Virus record (IMG/VR): IMGVR_UViG_3300032087_006189
Length of the DNA stretch: 64,000 nt
Reading direction: 5' to 3' (one strand)
Source: a virus
Part shown: positions 1 through 11,326 of the stretch, piece after piece
Layout: the number at the start of each line of letters is the position of its first letter
Position numbering within the stretch: position 1 is the first letter of the stretch
The notes under the pieces: model-generated
What the model was told of the DNA's origin: nothing
Databases searched by the model: none
What the model saw: the letters and a program-made list of their open reading frames with translations, nothing else
Program-made: the position numbers and the translations under genes

Positions 1-2048
1 TCCCCTTCGGGATCAATCGCGACTCTCGAGTTGCGAATAATTCGCGTAGGGCGGACCAAGATGTTGAAGTACTCGGGAACTCGGATCGATGTGGTGGGAT
101 CGAGGGGGAGGTTCCGGTGATCGTTCTTGAACTCGGAGCTGTGAAGGAGAGAGTAGATATCCAGTGCGTGCGAGGAAAGAGTGGCCTCTCCAGACTCGGA
201 CAAAGTGACTGTCGGGATCGCCAAACGGGATGAGATCTCAAGCAGGTCTTCGTCATCGATAGTACCGGTATGGAATCCGGTGTCTGTCCTTCCAAGCGGA
301 ATCTCTTCGGTCCCAAAGTCGAAGGCAATCTCGTTTCTTTGCGCCCCAAGCACCTGTGCGGAGAACTTCGCTGCGATCTCCAGGTCTGTCCGCATCACCT
401 CAAACTCGAGCAGGTCTCCGGCAGAGACCCCGTATGCCTCGAAGTCTTCGATCTCGTGACTCCGGAGAGTAGGGCAAACCCTCCACTTGATGCCCTCTCT
501 CCCAGAAGGAGCGGTCTTTCCCTGTAGGGTAACGGCCCACAGGTCTCCTCGACCGCCCTCGTCCTCTGGGGAGAGCCCAGTCAGCTCCTCAACTGCCGCA
601 ATCTTGTGCCCGACTCCGTCAAGCACCATCATTCGGTCGCGAATGCCGAGATGGAGATTGATAGAGTATGAAATTTCCTCTGGATAGACTGTGCCCTCAA
701 TGGCGTTCGCGACTACAACCCCAGTGAACGAGTCATTGATAGAGGCGATCTCGTACGATCTGTCTGTGCGCTCTCCGCTGGTGATACGAATTCTCGCGCC
801 CTCTACTGAATCTACGACATGCCGAGATTCCAGCAAGACTTCAAAATTGCTGGTGACTGTCCCTGTGCCGACAAGCGCGCCGGTATTGAACTCACTGAAG
901 TCAGCATCTGCTTTTGGAATGTAGACAGTATCGGTAAACGCAGTCTGCGGAACCTGAAAACTTGCGCGCACTCCCTTGAGCACCTCATACACCATATTTG
1001 AACCTGCAATGGTGACAGAAGATTCAAGCTCAATTCGCGTCGAAGACAGCACCTGCTTCACTACATGAAGTCCAGAGTTTCTTCCGCGGAGAATACGAAC
1101 CCTGTCTCCGGGCTCTACTCCCAAAGCTACGAAATCCTTAGAAAGGTCGTAGACTTCATCCAGCGCGGATGCCGAGGCAACAAGGTTTGTGCCAGAAGTC
1201 TTCAGCTCTGGTCCAATCAGAGGCTTCCCTTCTGACAGGATGTAGCCTGTGCGCGCCGCATTGAGTCGGTTGATCAGGTACGACCCGGCGCTGGTGCCGC
1301 TGTACAGGGTCATCGTAGAACCAATAGCGCGGATAGTAGTGGGACCAGAGATGATTACTTCTCTCTTGGAAATCACTACGGCCGATCCGACGAACGACAC
1401 CGATCCCGTAAATCCGGAATCCCCACTCTGCATCCCGCCGTAGATCACATCAACCGTGCTGGGGTCGAGTGTCATTTCCGGGCTGTACTTCATCCACCGA
1501 GTCTGGAAAAGCGGCTGCACAGAAGAGATGGACTTGGCTCTATCCACCTGAAATGCGCGCAAAAAGTCTGAGGCAACAGACTGGCTGATCCCCGACCACA
1601 CAATCGGAAAGACCTCTCGATCGTTGACCAGGGACCAGAAGTCGGACAGCACATTGAACATGAAAGTGCCGTCGACATGATTTCTGCGAACCGCAGGAAC
1701 TACCGCAGGAGAGAAAAAGGCGGCGCACTCCACAGTATCGCTACGAACGCCGTCTGCTACAACATACAGGGCAACCACATAGGTCCCCGTGACATCCCCC
1801 TCAAGCTCGACCGCCTTGTCTGAGGTCTCTGATACAACCAGCGCCGCAGTGCTTCCATCTGGCTTTACTGTCAGCTCCCAGTAGAGAGTCAGTCCCTCAT
1901 AAGAGCCATCCACTGTAGATCCCGCGCCGCTAAACAGGATGCGGGTACCGATGACGCCAGTGGACTCTTCTGGCGTGACTCGAGCAACCGGCTTTGCCCT
2001 GAATGCTTCGACTTCAAAGCGAGTAGTCTCGGTTGCGCTACTGCTCAT
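1..2048 (-). CDS. Baseplate/tail structural protein, partial (runs off the window start), with an N-terminal PKD/Ig-like segment
   Basis: Not in the ORF track. The ATG at 2048 overlaps the stop of the upstream gene (ATGA). Manual translation of the N-terminal part gives MSSSATETTRFEVEAFRAKPVARV...VLSDFWSLVNDREVFPIVWSG...FQTRW. It sits in the baseplate operon. Confidence 0.7.
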   Translation of the reverse strand, partial: MSSSATETTRFEVEAFRAKPVARVTPEESTGVIGTRILFSGAGSTVDGSYEGLTLYWELTVKPDGSTAALVVSETSDKAVELEGDVTGTYVVALYVVADGVRSDTVECAAFFSPAVVPAVRRNHVDGTFMFNVLSDFWSLVNDREVFPIVWSGISQSVASDFLRAFQVDRAKSISSVQPLFQTRWMKYSPEMTLDPSTVDVIYGGMQSGDSGFTGSVSFVGSAVVISKREVIISGPTTIRAIGSTMTLYSGTSAGSYLINRLNAARTGYILSEGKPLIGPELKTSGTNLVASASALDEVYDLSKDFVALGVEPGDRVRILRGRNSGLHVVKQVLSSTRIELESSVTIAGSNMVYEVLKGVRASFQVPQTAFTDTVYIPKADADFSEFNTGALVGTGTVTSNFEVLLESRHVVDSVEGARIRITSGERTDRSYEIASINDSFTGVVVANAIEGTVYPEEISYSINLHLGIRDRMMVLDGVGHKIAAVEELTGLSPEDEGGRGDLWAVTLQGKTAPSGREGIKWRVCPTLRSHEIEDFEAYGVSAGDLLEFEVMRTDLEIAAKFSAQVLGAQRNEIAFDFGTEEIPLGRTDTGFHTGTIDDEDLLEISSRLAIPTVTLSESGEATLSSHALDIYSLLHSSEFKNDHRNLPLDPTTSIRVPEYFNILVRPTRIIRNSRVAIDPEG

Positions 2049-4327
2049 GGGTCTGTGTCCACAAAGTCGATGAAGGTATTGGCCTTAGTGCCGTAGATCT
2101 TCGACTCAAGTGTCTCACGGCTGGCCCCGAGGGTCACAGCGTAGTCATAGCCGGAACCCAGACAGACCGCCGCCATGCGGAGATCGACATCCATTCTATT
2201 GTACTTCGTCCCGAAAGACAGCGTAGGAATGGAGCCGATGGCTACTGTCAGTCCAGACAGGAGGTCGTCTACGTCCGCCTTTGAGGCGACGCTGACATCT
2301 TCCCAGGGGATGTCGATGCTGGGCTCAGACTCAAAATCGATGAAGAGGCGAAGTCCTTTGCCGGGCTGGTACGAGAGCAGGTAGTAGTGCTCGGTGGTTG
2401 GATCGATTGAAGTAGAGATCAACTGACCAGTTTCGGATGTGGGATTCAGGACCTCTTTGTAGTCCTGCGCGTCTTGACTGACGAAGGCGAAGGTCTCTGA
2501 ACCGTCTTCACTTGTTACGAACTGAAGCTGAATGTATCCAGTTGCAGTCGAACTGATTCCCAGCAGTGCCGGTGACGGAATGCGGACTGCGTTTACCTGA
2601 TCAAACTGGTCTGTGATGTCTCCAATCTTTGCGCGGAAAAGAACTGAGATCCCGCTGATGCCCTCAGAGTACTTTTGGGAGGCATAGGACAGGGAGTAAA
2701 ACCCGTACTGGTCTGTGCCTGTTGGGCGCAGCTGCAAGACTTTGGAAACCACTGTGGCCGGCGCAGTACCGTTGTACACCCACGAGCTAAAGTCTCCTTC
2801 ATGCGCAATCGCTGCTTCGGGCATAAAGAAGAAGTTTTCTACGGTAAAGTACCCCTCATAGGAGTAGGTAGACCCGTCTTGGTCCAAGAAACCAAGATCG
2901 AGCCGAGGAGACCCCGTATCCGTCAGCGCAGTCAGGGCAGTAGACCGAAATGAGAAGTCTGTCTCCGCAAGCAAAGACTCTGCGGCCGTGCAGAACAGCT
3001 CCGATGACTTGAGATAGGTCAAGATTTTTGGAGCCGTAGCACCCCAATCAAACTCCACGGTCTCATAGTTGCTTGGGAGCTCCAGATTTCCAGTTCCAGT
3101 TCCCCCTGCATCATCGTAAAAGCCGAACTGCTTTGTTCCGTCGTCAAGAAATCTAAGCCGGTACTGGTGGCTGCCATTTCCGACACTAAATCCGACTCCT
3201 GTATTCCAGGAGGCCGCATGGACAGATTGCTGTGGTCGGCCCCATAGAAACATCAACCAAGAGTCATTGGCACAGCGAGGCTCCTCTGAGCGCACCACGG
3301 AGTTCTGGCTGCCAGCACTCTGAAAGATCAAAGACTCAGAGGTATCCAAGTAGGTAAATAAGTTTCTGCGCATCCGGCTTACATCTGCGCGCGTAGCTGC
3401 GTGGAGTAGCCCAGTTGCCTCCGCAGTCCCCGCTTGTCCGAAGACAACTCCGCCTCCGGAAACGAGAGCTTCGCCATGGCCCTCGAGGATCATTTTGTAG
3501 ATCTCAAGCTCGCCCGCACGATTTTGGTCAATGCCAATGAATGCCGAGACCACGTCTCCGGCTCCAGGCTCAATGAATCCGAGCCGCGTAGATGCAAGGA
3601 ACTTGCTCAAAGACGAGATGTTGACTTCGTAGGCTCTTTCTTCGTCACCGGTAGACTCGTCAGTCAGCAGAACATACGCCTTGCCTGTGTGTCCTGACGC
3701 GTCGAATACGATTCGGATGGAGTGCGTAGGCTGGTCCCAGTCGTGGTCAAATCTGACTGTTGTGCGGGTGCCAGAGGAGTCCTCTGCTGGGCCCCCAATC
3801 TCCAGGTACTTGTTGGCACCGTCATCGCAGCAAAAGATGAAGATGCCAGTATTGCTGGCCCAATGCGCCATTCCCAGCATTACACCGTTGTACTCGCTGT
3901 TGGTCTGGTACTCGGTCGCGGGCCCTGTGCCTGGAAGTACAGGGACAGAGAATCGGAACTCTGCCCCACAAGTGCGGGATGGGGTAGATGCCGCCCTACA
4001 AAACATCGTATTTGAGGACTTGGTTCCTGGAGCGGTCAGGACCAGAACATCATCCCCTACAGTCATAGAGGACGTGTCCAGAACCAGAGTAGCCCGGTCG
4101 GCTGTGGCTGTATCAGGAACCCCATCTCGAAAGATGTCGAACAGAAACGGAGCTTGTAGGGGGAGCTCTTGCGCTTCGTAGACGACACTCGAAAATGTAG
4201 CCAGAGCAACTACCGAGCTTCGATCCACTCGATTGTCTGAGTCCCTGACTCCGAAGTAAATCGGCTGAGTCGGGGAAAACTCCTCACCCTCCGAAGGAGT
4301 GAGGTTGACCTCGACGGGATCAGCCAT
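2045..4327 (-). CDS. Virion structural protein (760 aa, beta-rich, tail/baseplate-associated)
   Basis: Long ORF coupled to both neighbours; acidic and Ser/Thr/Gly-rich; baseplate operon context. Confidence 0.65.
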   Translation of the reverse strand: MADPVEVNLTPSEGEEFSPTQPIYFGVRDSDNRVDRSSVVALATFSSVVYEAQELPLQAPFLFDIFRDGVPDTATADRATLVLDTSSMTVGDDVLVLTAPGTKSSNTMFCRAASTPSRTCGAEFRFSVPVLPGTGPATEYQTNSEYNGVMLGMAHWASNTGIFIFCCDDGANKYLEIGGPAEDSSGTRTTVRFDHDWDQPTHSIRIVFDASGHTGKAYVLLTDESTGDEERAYEVNISSLSKFLASTRLGFIEPGAGDVVSAFIGIDQNRAGELEIYKMILEGHGEALVSGGGVVFGQAGTAEATGLLHAATRADVSRMRRNLFTYLDTSESLIFQSAGSQNSVVRSEEPRCANDSWLMFLWGRPQQSVHAASWNTGVGFSVGNGSHQYRLRFLDDGTKQFGFYDDAGGTGTGNLELPSNYETVEFDWGATAPKILTYLKSSELFCTAAESLLAETDFSFRSTALTALTDTGSPRLDLGFLDQDGSTYSYEGYFTVENFFFMPEAAIAHEGDFSSWVYNGTAPATVVSKVLQLRPTGTDQYGFYSLSYASQKYSEGISGISVLFRAKIGDITDQFDQVNAVRIPSPALLGISSTATGYIQLQFVTSEDGSETFAFVSQDAQDYKEVLNPTSETGQLISTSIDPTTEHYYLLSYQPGKGLRLFIDFESEPSIDIPWEDVSVASKADVDDLLSGLTVAIGSIPTLSFGTKYNRMDVDLRMAAVCLGSGYDYAVTLGASRETLESKIYGTKANTFIDFVDTDP

Positions 4328-7300
4328 TGTTCACTTCCGAGGAAACAAGGATTCTCTCTTGCCCGATTCCTGCGGTGTCCGTTGTGACCGGAGTACCGGG
4401 GATGTAGAAGGTCGTACGGTGACTGCCGTTGAAGTCGTTCTCTACATTCCCGATTCTATCAGTAGAACGAGTCAGTACGCGCCTACGATCGAGGTCATGG
4501 GTCACGATCTGCAGGATGATCGGATGCCGGTAAGAGCCGACGTTGTTGGAGTGCAGGAACTTCTCCAGCTCAGACACATCCAGCACATCTTCAGGCTCCA
4601 GCCCATTGATGTAGTTCGCAATCTCCAGCGCCATCTTCGCCCTGTTGCCCCCTGTTGCGGAGATGTCCAGGTACACGAAGGAGGGCAGGAAGTGACGAGC
4701 CAGGGGATCGGCACACAGGATTCTATTGAGGTTCGAGCTCAGTAGTGCCTGTACCCGTCCCACATCCGACGAGAACTCGTGAGTGACCAAGAATCCAGCA
4801 CCATTGAGCGGGATCCGGTTTTCGAGGGTGTCGTCGAGGTCATCCGGCAGGAAAGACGGAGAGAAGTAGATCTTGCACTGCTCAGCCGCACTGTAGGAAT
4901 AGAGCGGGTCTACGACCTGCATGCGGTAGCCATCCGACTCGTATGTCCCGAATACGGGAGTCAGGATGGTGTCCTTTGGCAGGTTGTAAACCGGTCGGCC
5001 TCCGAGAGACTGGGCCCGCAGGTCCATGTAGTACAGACCGTTCTCGGTTCCCTGCGCTTTCATCTCGGTAGAGGACATGTGGACCACATGGGGACGCACC
5101 ACCTCGTAGGGCTGCTTGTACCCGCGAATCGGCCCATAGGTCTCAAGGTTGCGCTGCTGCTCATAAGGAGTCTTGAGCATCCCGCCGTCGTATGCGCAGA
5201 GCAAGTATGAAGAGGACCGCTCAGTTGAGGCATGGACATAGACCACTCTCCACTGAGACGGAACACCGCTGTAAATGCGGATTGGCCGCACTCCAACCAG
5301 CTCCGATCCTCCGTCGATTGAGGACTCCTCAACCTCGTCGATAGGGGCCTTGACCACACTCCAGTGGATGCCCGTCTCTGTGACCGGGAACGCATCTCGA
5401 TCAAGGGTAACGGTGGCGCCATCCGAGCTGACAGAGAGGATCTGGTAGCTGCCATCTACACCCGGATAGTCGGACAGGTACATGGTGAGATACCGGCCAA
5501 CATCGTCCTGAATGAAAGGAGCGTTCAGGTCCGTAAAGGTATCCGTTTCCTCGATCGATCCTTCATTCCCCGAGCGGTAGATGTGCCGCGTGGTGATCGG
5601 CATCGGAGAGTCAATCGAGATGTAGGTGTCTCCTACTTCGGTGATTCTGTATCCAGAAGCCCCGTCTCCTTCTTCGATGAATACATAGTCACCCGGACGA
5701 ACGGTGTCGGTGTCCAAATCCGAAGAAGGAGACAGGAACGAGAACTCGGATGACCCGTAGTTAAGCGAAGGGATACGAAGGACGGACGACCCCACCTGCA
5801 TGGTGACGGCAACCACTCGATCCTGCTTTGCTGGAACAGACTCAGAGCCCGTGGTCGCGGTCTCAAGCAATCTCCGCTGCTCGTACACATGAAGGAAGTC
5901 CGATCCCGCGCGCACTCCTCCTGTCAAGAACGAGGGGAGCAGTGGGTCAGAGGGCAGTACCTTGAATGCGGTAGCCTCCGCGTAGTGTGCCCCCAAAGCA
6001 GAATCTCTTGGAAGCTCATTGGGAAGGGTGCGACCCTCTCTCGTTGCCCCCGGAAACACCTGTTGCGGAAGCTCTGTGGCAGTTGCCGTAAACAGCAGCT
6101 CCTCTGCCCCGGAGGGAACAGACAGCAAGGTCGGAGCGTGCGGATGGTGCATCCGCTCCTGCAGCTCCCCAGGAGACGAAGTTCCGTAATCTACCGATTC
6201 GATTTCAAAAAATCTCTGCAAAGTCGGGGCAACCGCCGAAAGGGATGCCACGCCAACTAGGGGAGCAGCCAAAGTAGCTGAGTCAAGAGGGGACAGATAT
6301 CTGACAGCTACGGTTGCGCTTCCTCCAACCGTGATTGCAGTTCCCGGAGGAATAGTCTCTGGTACGAAGAACTGGACGACATCGTTCCCGCCAGATCCCA
6401 CACGAACAAACTCAAGCGCGTTGAGTTCGCGGCAAATGACGTGGTGGTCGAGGATTCCGTGTGATGGCGTGACATACGATGCTGCGGAATAGAGGCTAGT
6501 AGCCTCTTCCTTGGTGCCGGGAACCCCTCCCCAAGAGATTGTTGTAGTCCCCGATGTAGACGATCCGGACAGTTCCAAGTCTGCGTAGTTTACGCTGTCA
6601 AAAGTAGCGGCAGTACTCGAAGCGTTGAGGGTCGCGGTGCTTCCCGTAGTCACCCAGTTTCCGTTTGAGCTTCCAGTGCTCCTAGCAAACTCAATACTCT
6701 GCAGGAAGCCGCTATCGCCTGGAGTAAGCGTCATTGACAGATCAATGCCTGTTGCGGAGTCTACTGCCTCAAAGCTCAAGCTGAAGTCGAATGTACCAAA
6801 AACAGTAGATCCGATTTCCGAAAACTCAAAACTTGGGTAGCTCGTAAGCCCTCCGACAAAACGGTCGATCACACACTTTTTGATGAATTCAGTGATCTCT
6901 GTGCCGCTTAGGCCTCCCAGTCCAGCGTAGATGGAGGTCGGAGTTGCCTCGCTCAGATCTGCCAGCAGAAGTGCTGGGGAAGACGCCCATTGAGTGGGAT
7001 CGTCGATCTGTGGATCCACATGAGTAGTCCCTGTTGGAGGAGCGCCTCCCTCTGCCGTAGCCCCCGCTATATCGATTTCCGTAAAGGTGGATGCGGCACT
7101 TACTGAAGATGGGGCCGATACCGCAGTTCCATTAATCGTCACGGCATCCGCAGTATTAAGCGTAGCATCCACGAGAAGAGTGACCACGCCGTCTGCCGTA
7201 GAATAAATGACGCCGCGAATTGTCGCGTTTGTGGACCCTTGGGTAACGGTATCCCCGATTGAGGGATTGCCGATGGTTCCGACACTTCCCGCAAATGTGG

Positions 7301-10300
7301 CTGACCCCAAAAGAACTGTGACTGTAGCCCTAAACTCCGTCTGTGTGCGGTCGAGGCTGTCTACGGCGTACGCGGCGCTTCCGAGATTGAGATACGCTTC
7401 GTAAAATGGAATCCCGTCGTCGGTAAATCCAAGGTGGCGGAAGCCATCTTCTGCGTCCCCCGCGACAGCCGAGAGGTAAGTTCCCTCTCCCTGCACCACA
7501 GAAGTTAGAGTTACGGTCACCGAGGGAATCGGAAGTCCGCCGAAGGCGCTGATTCTGGAGGTTTGCACTCCGGTGACCGTGACCAATACTCGCCCTTCAG
7601 AGGTGTCGAGCGCATCCTGTAACAGGGTTTGCAGCTCCTCAATATCGGTCGTCTCCGAGATCTCCGCAGAGACGGTAGCCGTCAGGGTTTCTCTGGATAG
7701 GCCCTTTTCGATAATACATGTAAGAGTTTTTCCAGCTGCGGAAGTAAGTGGGAGCGTCACTACTGCTCCAGTGATGGACGCAGCCTCAGTTACTTCTTCA
7801 TTCCACGAGTAACCCAAGCACGCGCTGGGTCCGTAGGCCGTGACTGAGGTGGGCTCCGTGAAGTACAGGCGGGCAATCTGCTCCGCCGTAGGCGAACCCA
7901 CAACGTAGTCGTCAAAGAATCCTGCTGTGATCTTCTTGAGCACCGATTCGGGAGACACCACCAGCTCAGACGGGACGGTGTAGCCCGCTGAATCCAGCGT
8001 CTTAAACAGCCAAGTAAAGGATTCCTGTACGATTTCCCAGGGGTTTACAGTATCCCCTGCAGTAGGGCCTGTGCTGACGCTTGCAGACACATTGAATGTG
8101 GGACCACTCAATGACAGGCCACCAGAAGATGTACTGGCAGGGAAGAAGTCGGACAGCCCCTGGTATGGGTTGACCGGAAACTCGTTTTTGATCTTTACGA
8201 TGGCAAATGTGTAGGCCACGCGGTCATCGAGGTAGTCCGGAGTCCCCGACGAGCTGTCTGCGGTGACAATGCTGCCGCCATGGTACAGCTTGTAGGTGTA
8301 GACCTTGTCGATGACATAGGAGCCCGCGTTTGCGCCATGCGACACAGTCAGGATGTCTCCAGACTTTGCGCGAGACAGCGCAGCCGGTGTGTTCCGCAGT
8401 TCGCCGTTGTTGTAGTCCTCCATCGCACGAACGAAGGTCGTCTCGTCACTAAAGGCGCCCTTCCAGTCGAACTCTGGAGCAGCAATGAAGGTGTTGTTGC
8501 AGTTGTCGAACAACGCCTTCGGAATCAGAATTTCGTACTGCGCGATGATGGAATGCGAAGCATCAATCGGATCGAGCGTAAATGGAGCGAACAGGTCGAA
8601 AAATGACCGGAAGTCGTCACCCAGCCCGAAGTCCTCAGTAAGGGAGGTCAGCCAAGACCTGATCTCTCCCAAGAAATCTGTCACCTCTGTAGGCAGATTG
8701 ATGCTGAGATGGTTTTGCAGGGCATGGCCTGAAGTCCCGGAGGCATCTTGAGCCAGCGTAATGACGGCGACATAGTCGTCATCTGAAGGCAGGCACTCGT
8801 CAGTAATGCAGGTTCCCGGACGACCTGAATACTGCGTGATGGTCTTCATGTCCGCCTGAAGAATCGTTCCATCAGGGGACCGCAGACCGGAACCGTTGCT
8901 GACGGCACCAGTTGCGCTGTCTACATCGTAAGCGACCAGTCGTACATGGGATGTCGGTGCCCAGTTCTGTCCGGCATCGGGCATCACAAAGCCGTTGAGG
9001 CCGCGGTAGGATTCCCGTGCCCCAGAGAAGCTCTCTACCGCCCGTGCCCCGACAGGGAGAGCCGGAGGCACGGCGTAGCCAGTAGACTGTCCCTGCGCGT
9101 CTTGGACGACCATCCCTTGCGGGGAAACTCGAACCAGCGGCCGGGAAAGGCCGGAGCCTGCCGCAAACAGCCTGAAACTGGCATTGGCATCTGTAGACGG
9201 CATGACTGTATCGAGGATTGGTGCTCTTCCTCGGAGAGCTGCGTCAAACCCGGTGATCTCGTAGACTCCCACATTTGGGCCGTCCAATACCTCGATAGTC
9301 GCCCCCTCTGTCGCCCCGTAGCTGATGAGGTCCACAGAAGTCCGGACAGTGGCAGAGCCGATGACCATGTCCAGATCATTCGCGGCTTGCCCAGCAAAGG
9401 GGTACAGCGGCGCTCTCGGCTCGAAAGCATCAACCACTACCTCATCCACTACTCGGAATCGGTAATCGCTGCCAAGAACCGTCATCGCAGAATCAAGGAC
9501 AAGCTCCGGTCCCTGCACATCCATGATCTTGTAGGTGCCCGAATCAGGGCTGTCGATGATCGTCAGGGTCATGCCCCGAGTCACTCCGTAGTCTGCCCAC
9601 AGGGTCTGCTCTACCGAGGTGATGGTGCCGATTGCTCCGGAGGACTCACCAATGATTTCCGTGTACTGCGTCCACTCGTTGTCTCGGGTGTTCCCGACGA
9701 GATCGATGTACTGATCGGTGTTATTGACATCGACCGCGATGGCGCCAGTATCCATCTCCTTCGTCGCCGTGGAGCTGTTGTAGAGACGGATTACCTCTCC
9801 CTCGATGAACACAGGGACTGAAGATCGGGAGAAGGTCAGGCGAAGACGGGCATTGACCTTGTTTTCGAGTGCCCCGTACTCCTTCAGAGTCGCAGGAATC
9901 TCATCCTTGCTGATGGTACAGAGCGTCGTACCCTCGAGTACGCTCACTTCACTTGATGCGGAAGAGAGCACAGAGCTGGTCGAAGAGCTCTGCGATGGGC
10001 GCACGAATACATCGTAGTGGCCGCCGATGTGGACTTGGTCGTCGCGGACCACAATCTCATCAGCATCATCTGGGTTGGTAATACCGCCTGGAATTCCGGA
10101 GATGCGAATCTCAGCCCGATCATACGCGGAGGCAAACACGGCAGGCAGCAGCCCAGGAATCATGGCTCCTGGAGGAGCATCCACTTCTGGTGCTTGGTTG
10201 AGCCGAAGCAAGTAGATCGTAGGAATGCCCTCAAGGTCTCCAGAGCTTTCGTAGAGTACTTCCTCAACTGTAAACCGCTGGTTCTCGGCGATTGCCTGAG

Positions 10301-11318
10301 TCCCGTACAGAAACTGCCAGAAGTTCAGGTCGATTGAACCGCCGTCGCGAATCCGACGATTACCGTCTCTGCCCTTGTTTTCAAACATCGAGAGCAGGAA
10401 CATGTACCTGCCGAGGATGAAGCTCATCCCAGAGCAGATGACATCGGACCCACCTGCGCCGGTAATCTTGTCCCGCTGCATCTCGGGATCTCCGAAGCCC
10501 ACGACCTCGATGTTTCGGATGCCGGGGAACTCAGAGAACAGACGCGCACGGATACCGCGCCGAGTGTTGAGACTGCGCTCAGTCAGCGCGGTCTGAGTCC
10601 GAGCGAGCAGCTCCGGACCGGTCTCTTCATCCGAACCATTGCTGAACCCGACCAGATTTGTCACTCGGATGGCAGAGCCGATACCCGATACCGTGCTGAT
10701 CTGTTCTGGCTCGATGTTGAAGGCGTCGCCTACATCTTCTGCGATCACGCCAATATCGACATAGTAGAGCTGGCCGGAACGCTGGGCAGCCACGATTTCG
10801 GGACGGAAGAACTGGGGCGTGATTGGGAAGAAGCCCAGTCCGCCCGCGTCAAAACGGACATCGGCAAGAATGGAGACGAATGTAGGATTCGCGAAGAAGA
10901 TGCGGACGGTGCCCGTGGCACGAGAACCCGTCTTGCGAGTCACAAAGAAGTTGGCCGCAAGGTCTTCGGCATCTACCGTTCGCATCTGCTCCGCGTTGCG
11001 AACAGACTGCCCCGTGCGGATGATCTGAATCTCGCGCTTGAACGCTTCTAGCATCAGCTGCAGAGGGCGTACTACAATATCGACGATGGCATCGCCGTTC
11101 TGAGCGGAGATCGAAGGGAACTCTTGGCGAAGGCGGGTAATCAGGAAGTCTTCGATGTCTGTATCGAACGGGTCAATAGACAGCGCCTCAAAGACAGGGG
11201 CAACAACCTGCCCATAGATCGACCCGTTCTCAGACAGGTCGAGCGTGGGGTCGTATGCCTCGAGACGCTCAACGAGGAGGTCCCGGATCTGGGAGGCCTG
11301 AGTTCCGGTGTTTGCCAT
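4320..11318 (-). CDS. Giant baseplate wedge protein (baseplate J-like N- and C-termini), 2332 aa
   Basis: The N-terminus has J-like motifs (RKTGSRATGTVRIFF; AEDVGDAFNIEPEQI; NGSDEETGPELLART; IRNIEVVGFGDPEMQRD). The C-terminus reads IANYINGLEPEDVLDVSELEKFL. Confidence 0.8.
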   Translation of the reverse strand: MANTGTQASQIRDLLVERLEAYDPTLDLSENGSIYGQVVAPVFEALSIDPFDTDIEDFLITRLRQEFPSISAQNGDAIVDIVVRPLQLMLEAFKREIQIIRTGQSVRNAEQMRTVDAEDLAANFFVTRKTGSRATGTVRIFFANPTFVSILADVRFDAGGLGFFPITPQFFRPEIVAAQRSGQLYYVDIGVIAEDVGDAFNIEPEQISTVSGIGSAIRVTNLVGFSNGSDEETGPELLARTQTALTERSLNTRRGIRARLFSEFPGIRNIEVVGFGDPEMQRDKITGAGGSDVICSGMSFILGRYMFLLSMFENKGRDGNRRIRDGGSIDLNFWQFLYGTQAIAENQRFTVEEVLYESSGDLEGIPTIYLLRLNQAPEVDAPPGAMIPGLLPAVFASAYDRAEIRISGIPGGITNPDDADEIVVRDDQVHIGGHYDVFVRPSQSSSTSSVLSSASSEVSVLEGTTLCTISKDEIPATLKEYGALENKVNARLRLTFSRSSVPVFIEGEVIRLYNSSTATKEMDTGAIAVDVNNTDQYIDLVGNTRDNEWTQYTEIIGESSGAIGTITSVEQTLWADYGVTRGMTLTIIDSPDSGTYKIMDVQGPELVLDSAMTVLGSDYRFRVVDEVVVDAFEPRAPLYPFAGQAANDLDMVIGSATVRTSVDLISYGATEGATIEVLDGPNVGVYEITGFDAALRGRAPILDTVMPSTDANASFRLFAAGSGLSRPLVRVSPQGMVVQDAQGQSTGYAVPPALPVGARAVESFSGARESYRGLNGFVMPDAGQNWAPTSHVRLVAYDVDSATGAVSNGSGLRSPDGTILQADMKTITQYSGRPGTCITDECLPSDDDYVAVITLAQDASGTSGHALQNHLSINLPTEVTDFLGEIRSWLTSLTEDFGLGDDFRSFFDLFAPFTLDPIDASHSIIAQYEILIPKALFDNCNNTFIAAPEFDWKGAFSDETTFVRAMEDYNNGELRNTPAALSRAKSGDILTVSHGANAGSYVIDKVYTYKLYHGGSIVTADSSSGTPDYLDDRVAYTFAIVKIKNEFPVNPYQGLSDFFPASTSSGGLSLSGPTFNVSASVSTGPTAGDTVNPWEIVQESFTWLFKTLDSAGYTVPSELVVSPESVLKKITAGFFDDYVVGSPTAEQIARLYFTEPTSVTAYGPSACLGYSWNEEVTEAASITGAVVTLPLTSAAGKTLTCIIEKGLSRETLTATVSAEISETTDIEELQTLLQDALDTSEGRVLVTVTGVQTSRISAFGGLPIPSVTVTLTSVVQGEGTYLSAVAGDAEDGFRHLGFTDDGIPFYEAYLNLGSAAYAVDSLDRTQTEFRATVTVLLGSATFAGSVGTIGNPSIGDTVTQGSTNATIRGVIYSTADGVVTLLVDATLNTADAVTINGTAVSAPSSVSAASTFTEIDIAGATAEGGAPPTGTTHVDPQIDDPTQWASSPALLLADLSEATPTSIYAGLGGLSGTEITEFIKKCVIDRFVGGLTSYPSFEFSEIGSTVFGTFDFSLSFEAVDSATGIDLSMTLTPGDSGFLQSIEFARSTGSSNGNWVTTGSTATLNASSTAATFDSVNYADLELSGSSTSGTTTISWGGVPGTKEEATSLYSAASYVTPSHGILDHHVICRELNALEFVRVGSGGNDVVQFFVPETIPPGTAITVGGSATVAVRYLSPLDSATLAAPLVGVASLSAVAPTLQRFFEIESVDYGTSSPGELQERMHHPHAPTLLSVPSGAEELLFTATATELPQQVFPGATREGRTLPNELPRDSALGAHYAEATAFKVLPSDPLLPSFLTGGVRAGSDFLHVYEQRRLLETATTGSESVPAKQDRVVAVTMQVGSSVLRIPSLNYGSSEFSFLSPSSDLDTDTVRPGDYVFIEEGDGASGYRITEVGDTYISIDSPMPITTRHIYRSGNEGSIEETDTFTDLNAPFIQDDVGRYLTMYLSDYPGVDGSYQILSVSSDGATVTLDRDAFPVTETGIHWSVVKAPIDEVEESSIDGGSELVGVRPIRIYSGVPSQWRVVYVHASTERSSSYLLCAYDGGMLKTPYEQQRNLETYGPIRGYKQPYEVVRPHVVHMSSTEMKAQGTENGLYYMDLRAQSLGGRPVYNLPKDTILTPVFGTYESDGYRMQVVDPLYSYSAAEQCKIYFSPSFLPDDLDDTLENRIPLNGAGFLVTHEFSSDVGRVQALLSSNLNRILCADPLARHFLPSFVYLDISATGGNRAKMALEIANYINGLEPEDVLDVSELEKFLHSNNVGSYRHPIILQIVTHDLDRRRVLTRSTDRIGNVENDFNGSHRTTFYIPGTPVTTDTAGIGQERILVSSEVNNG

Positions 11319-11326
11319 GGATTCCT

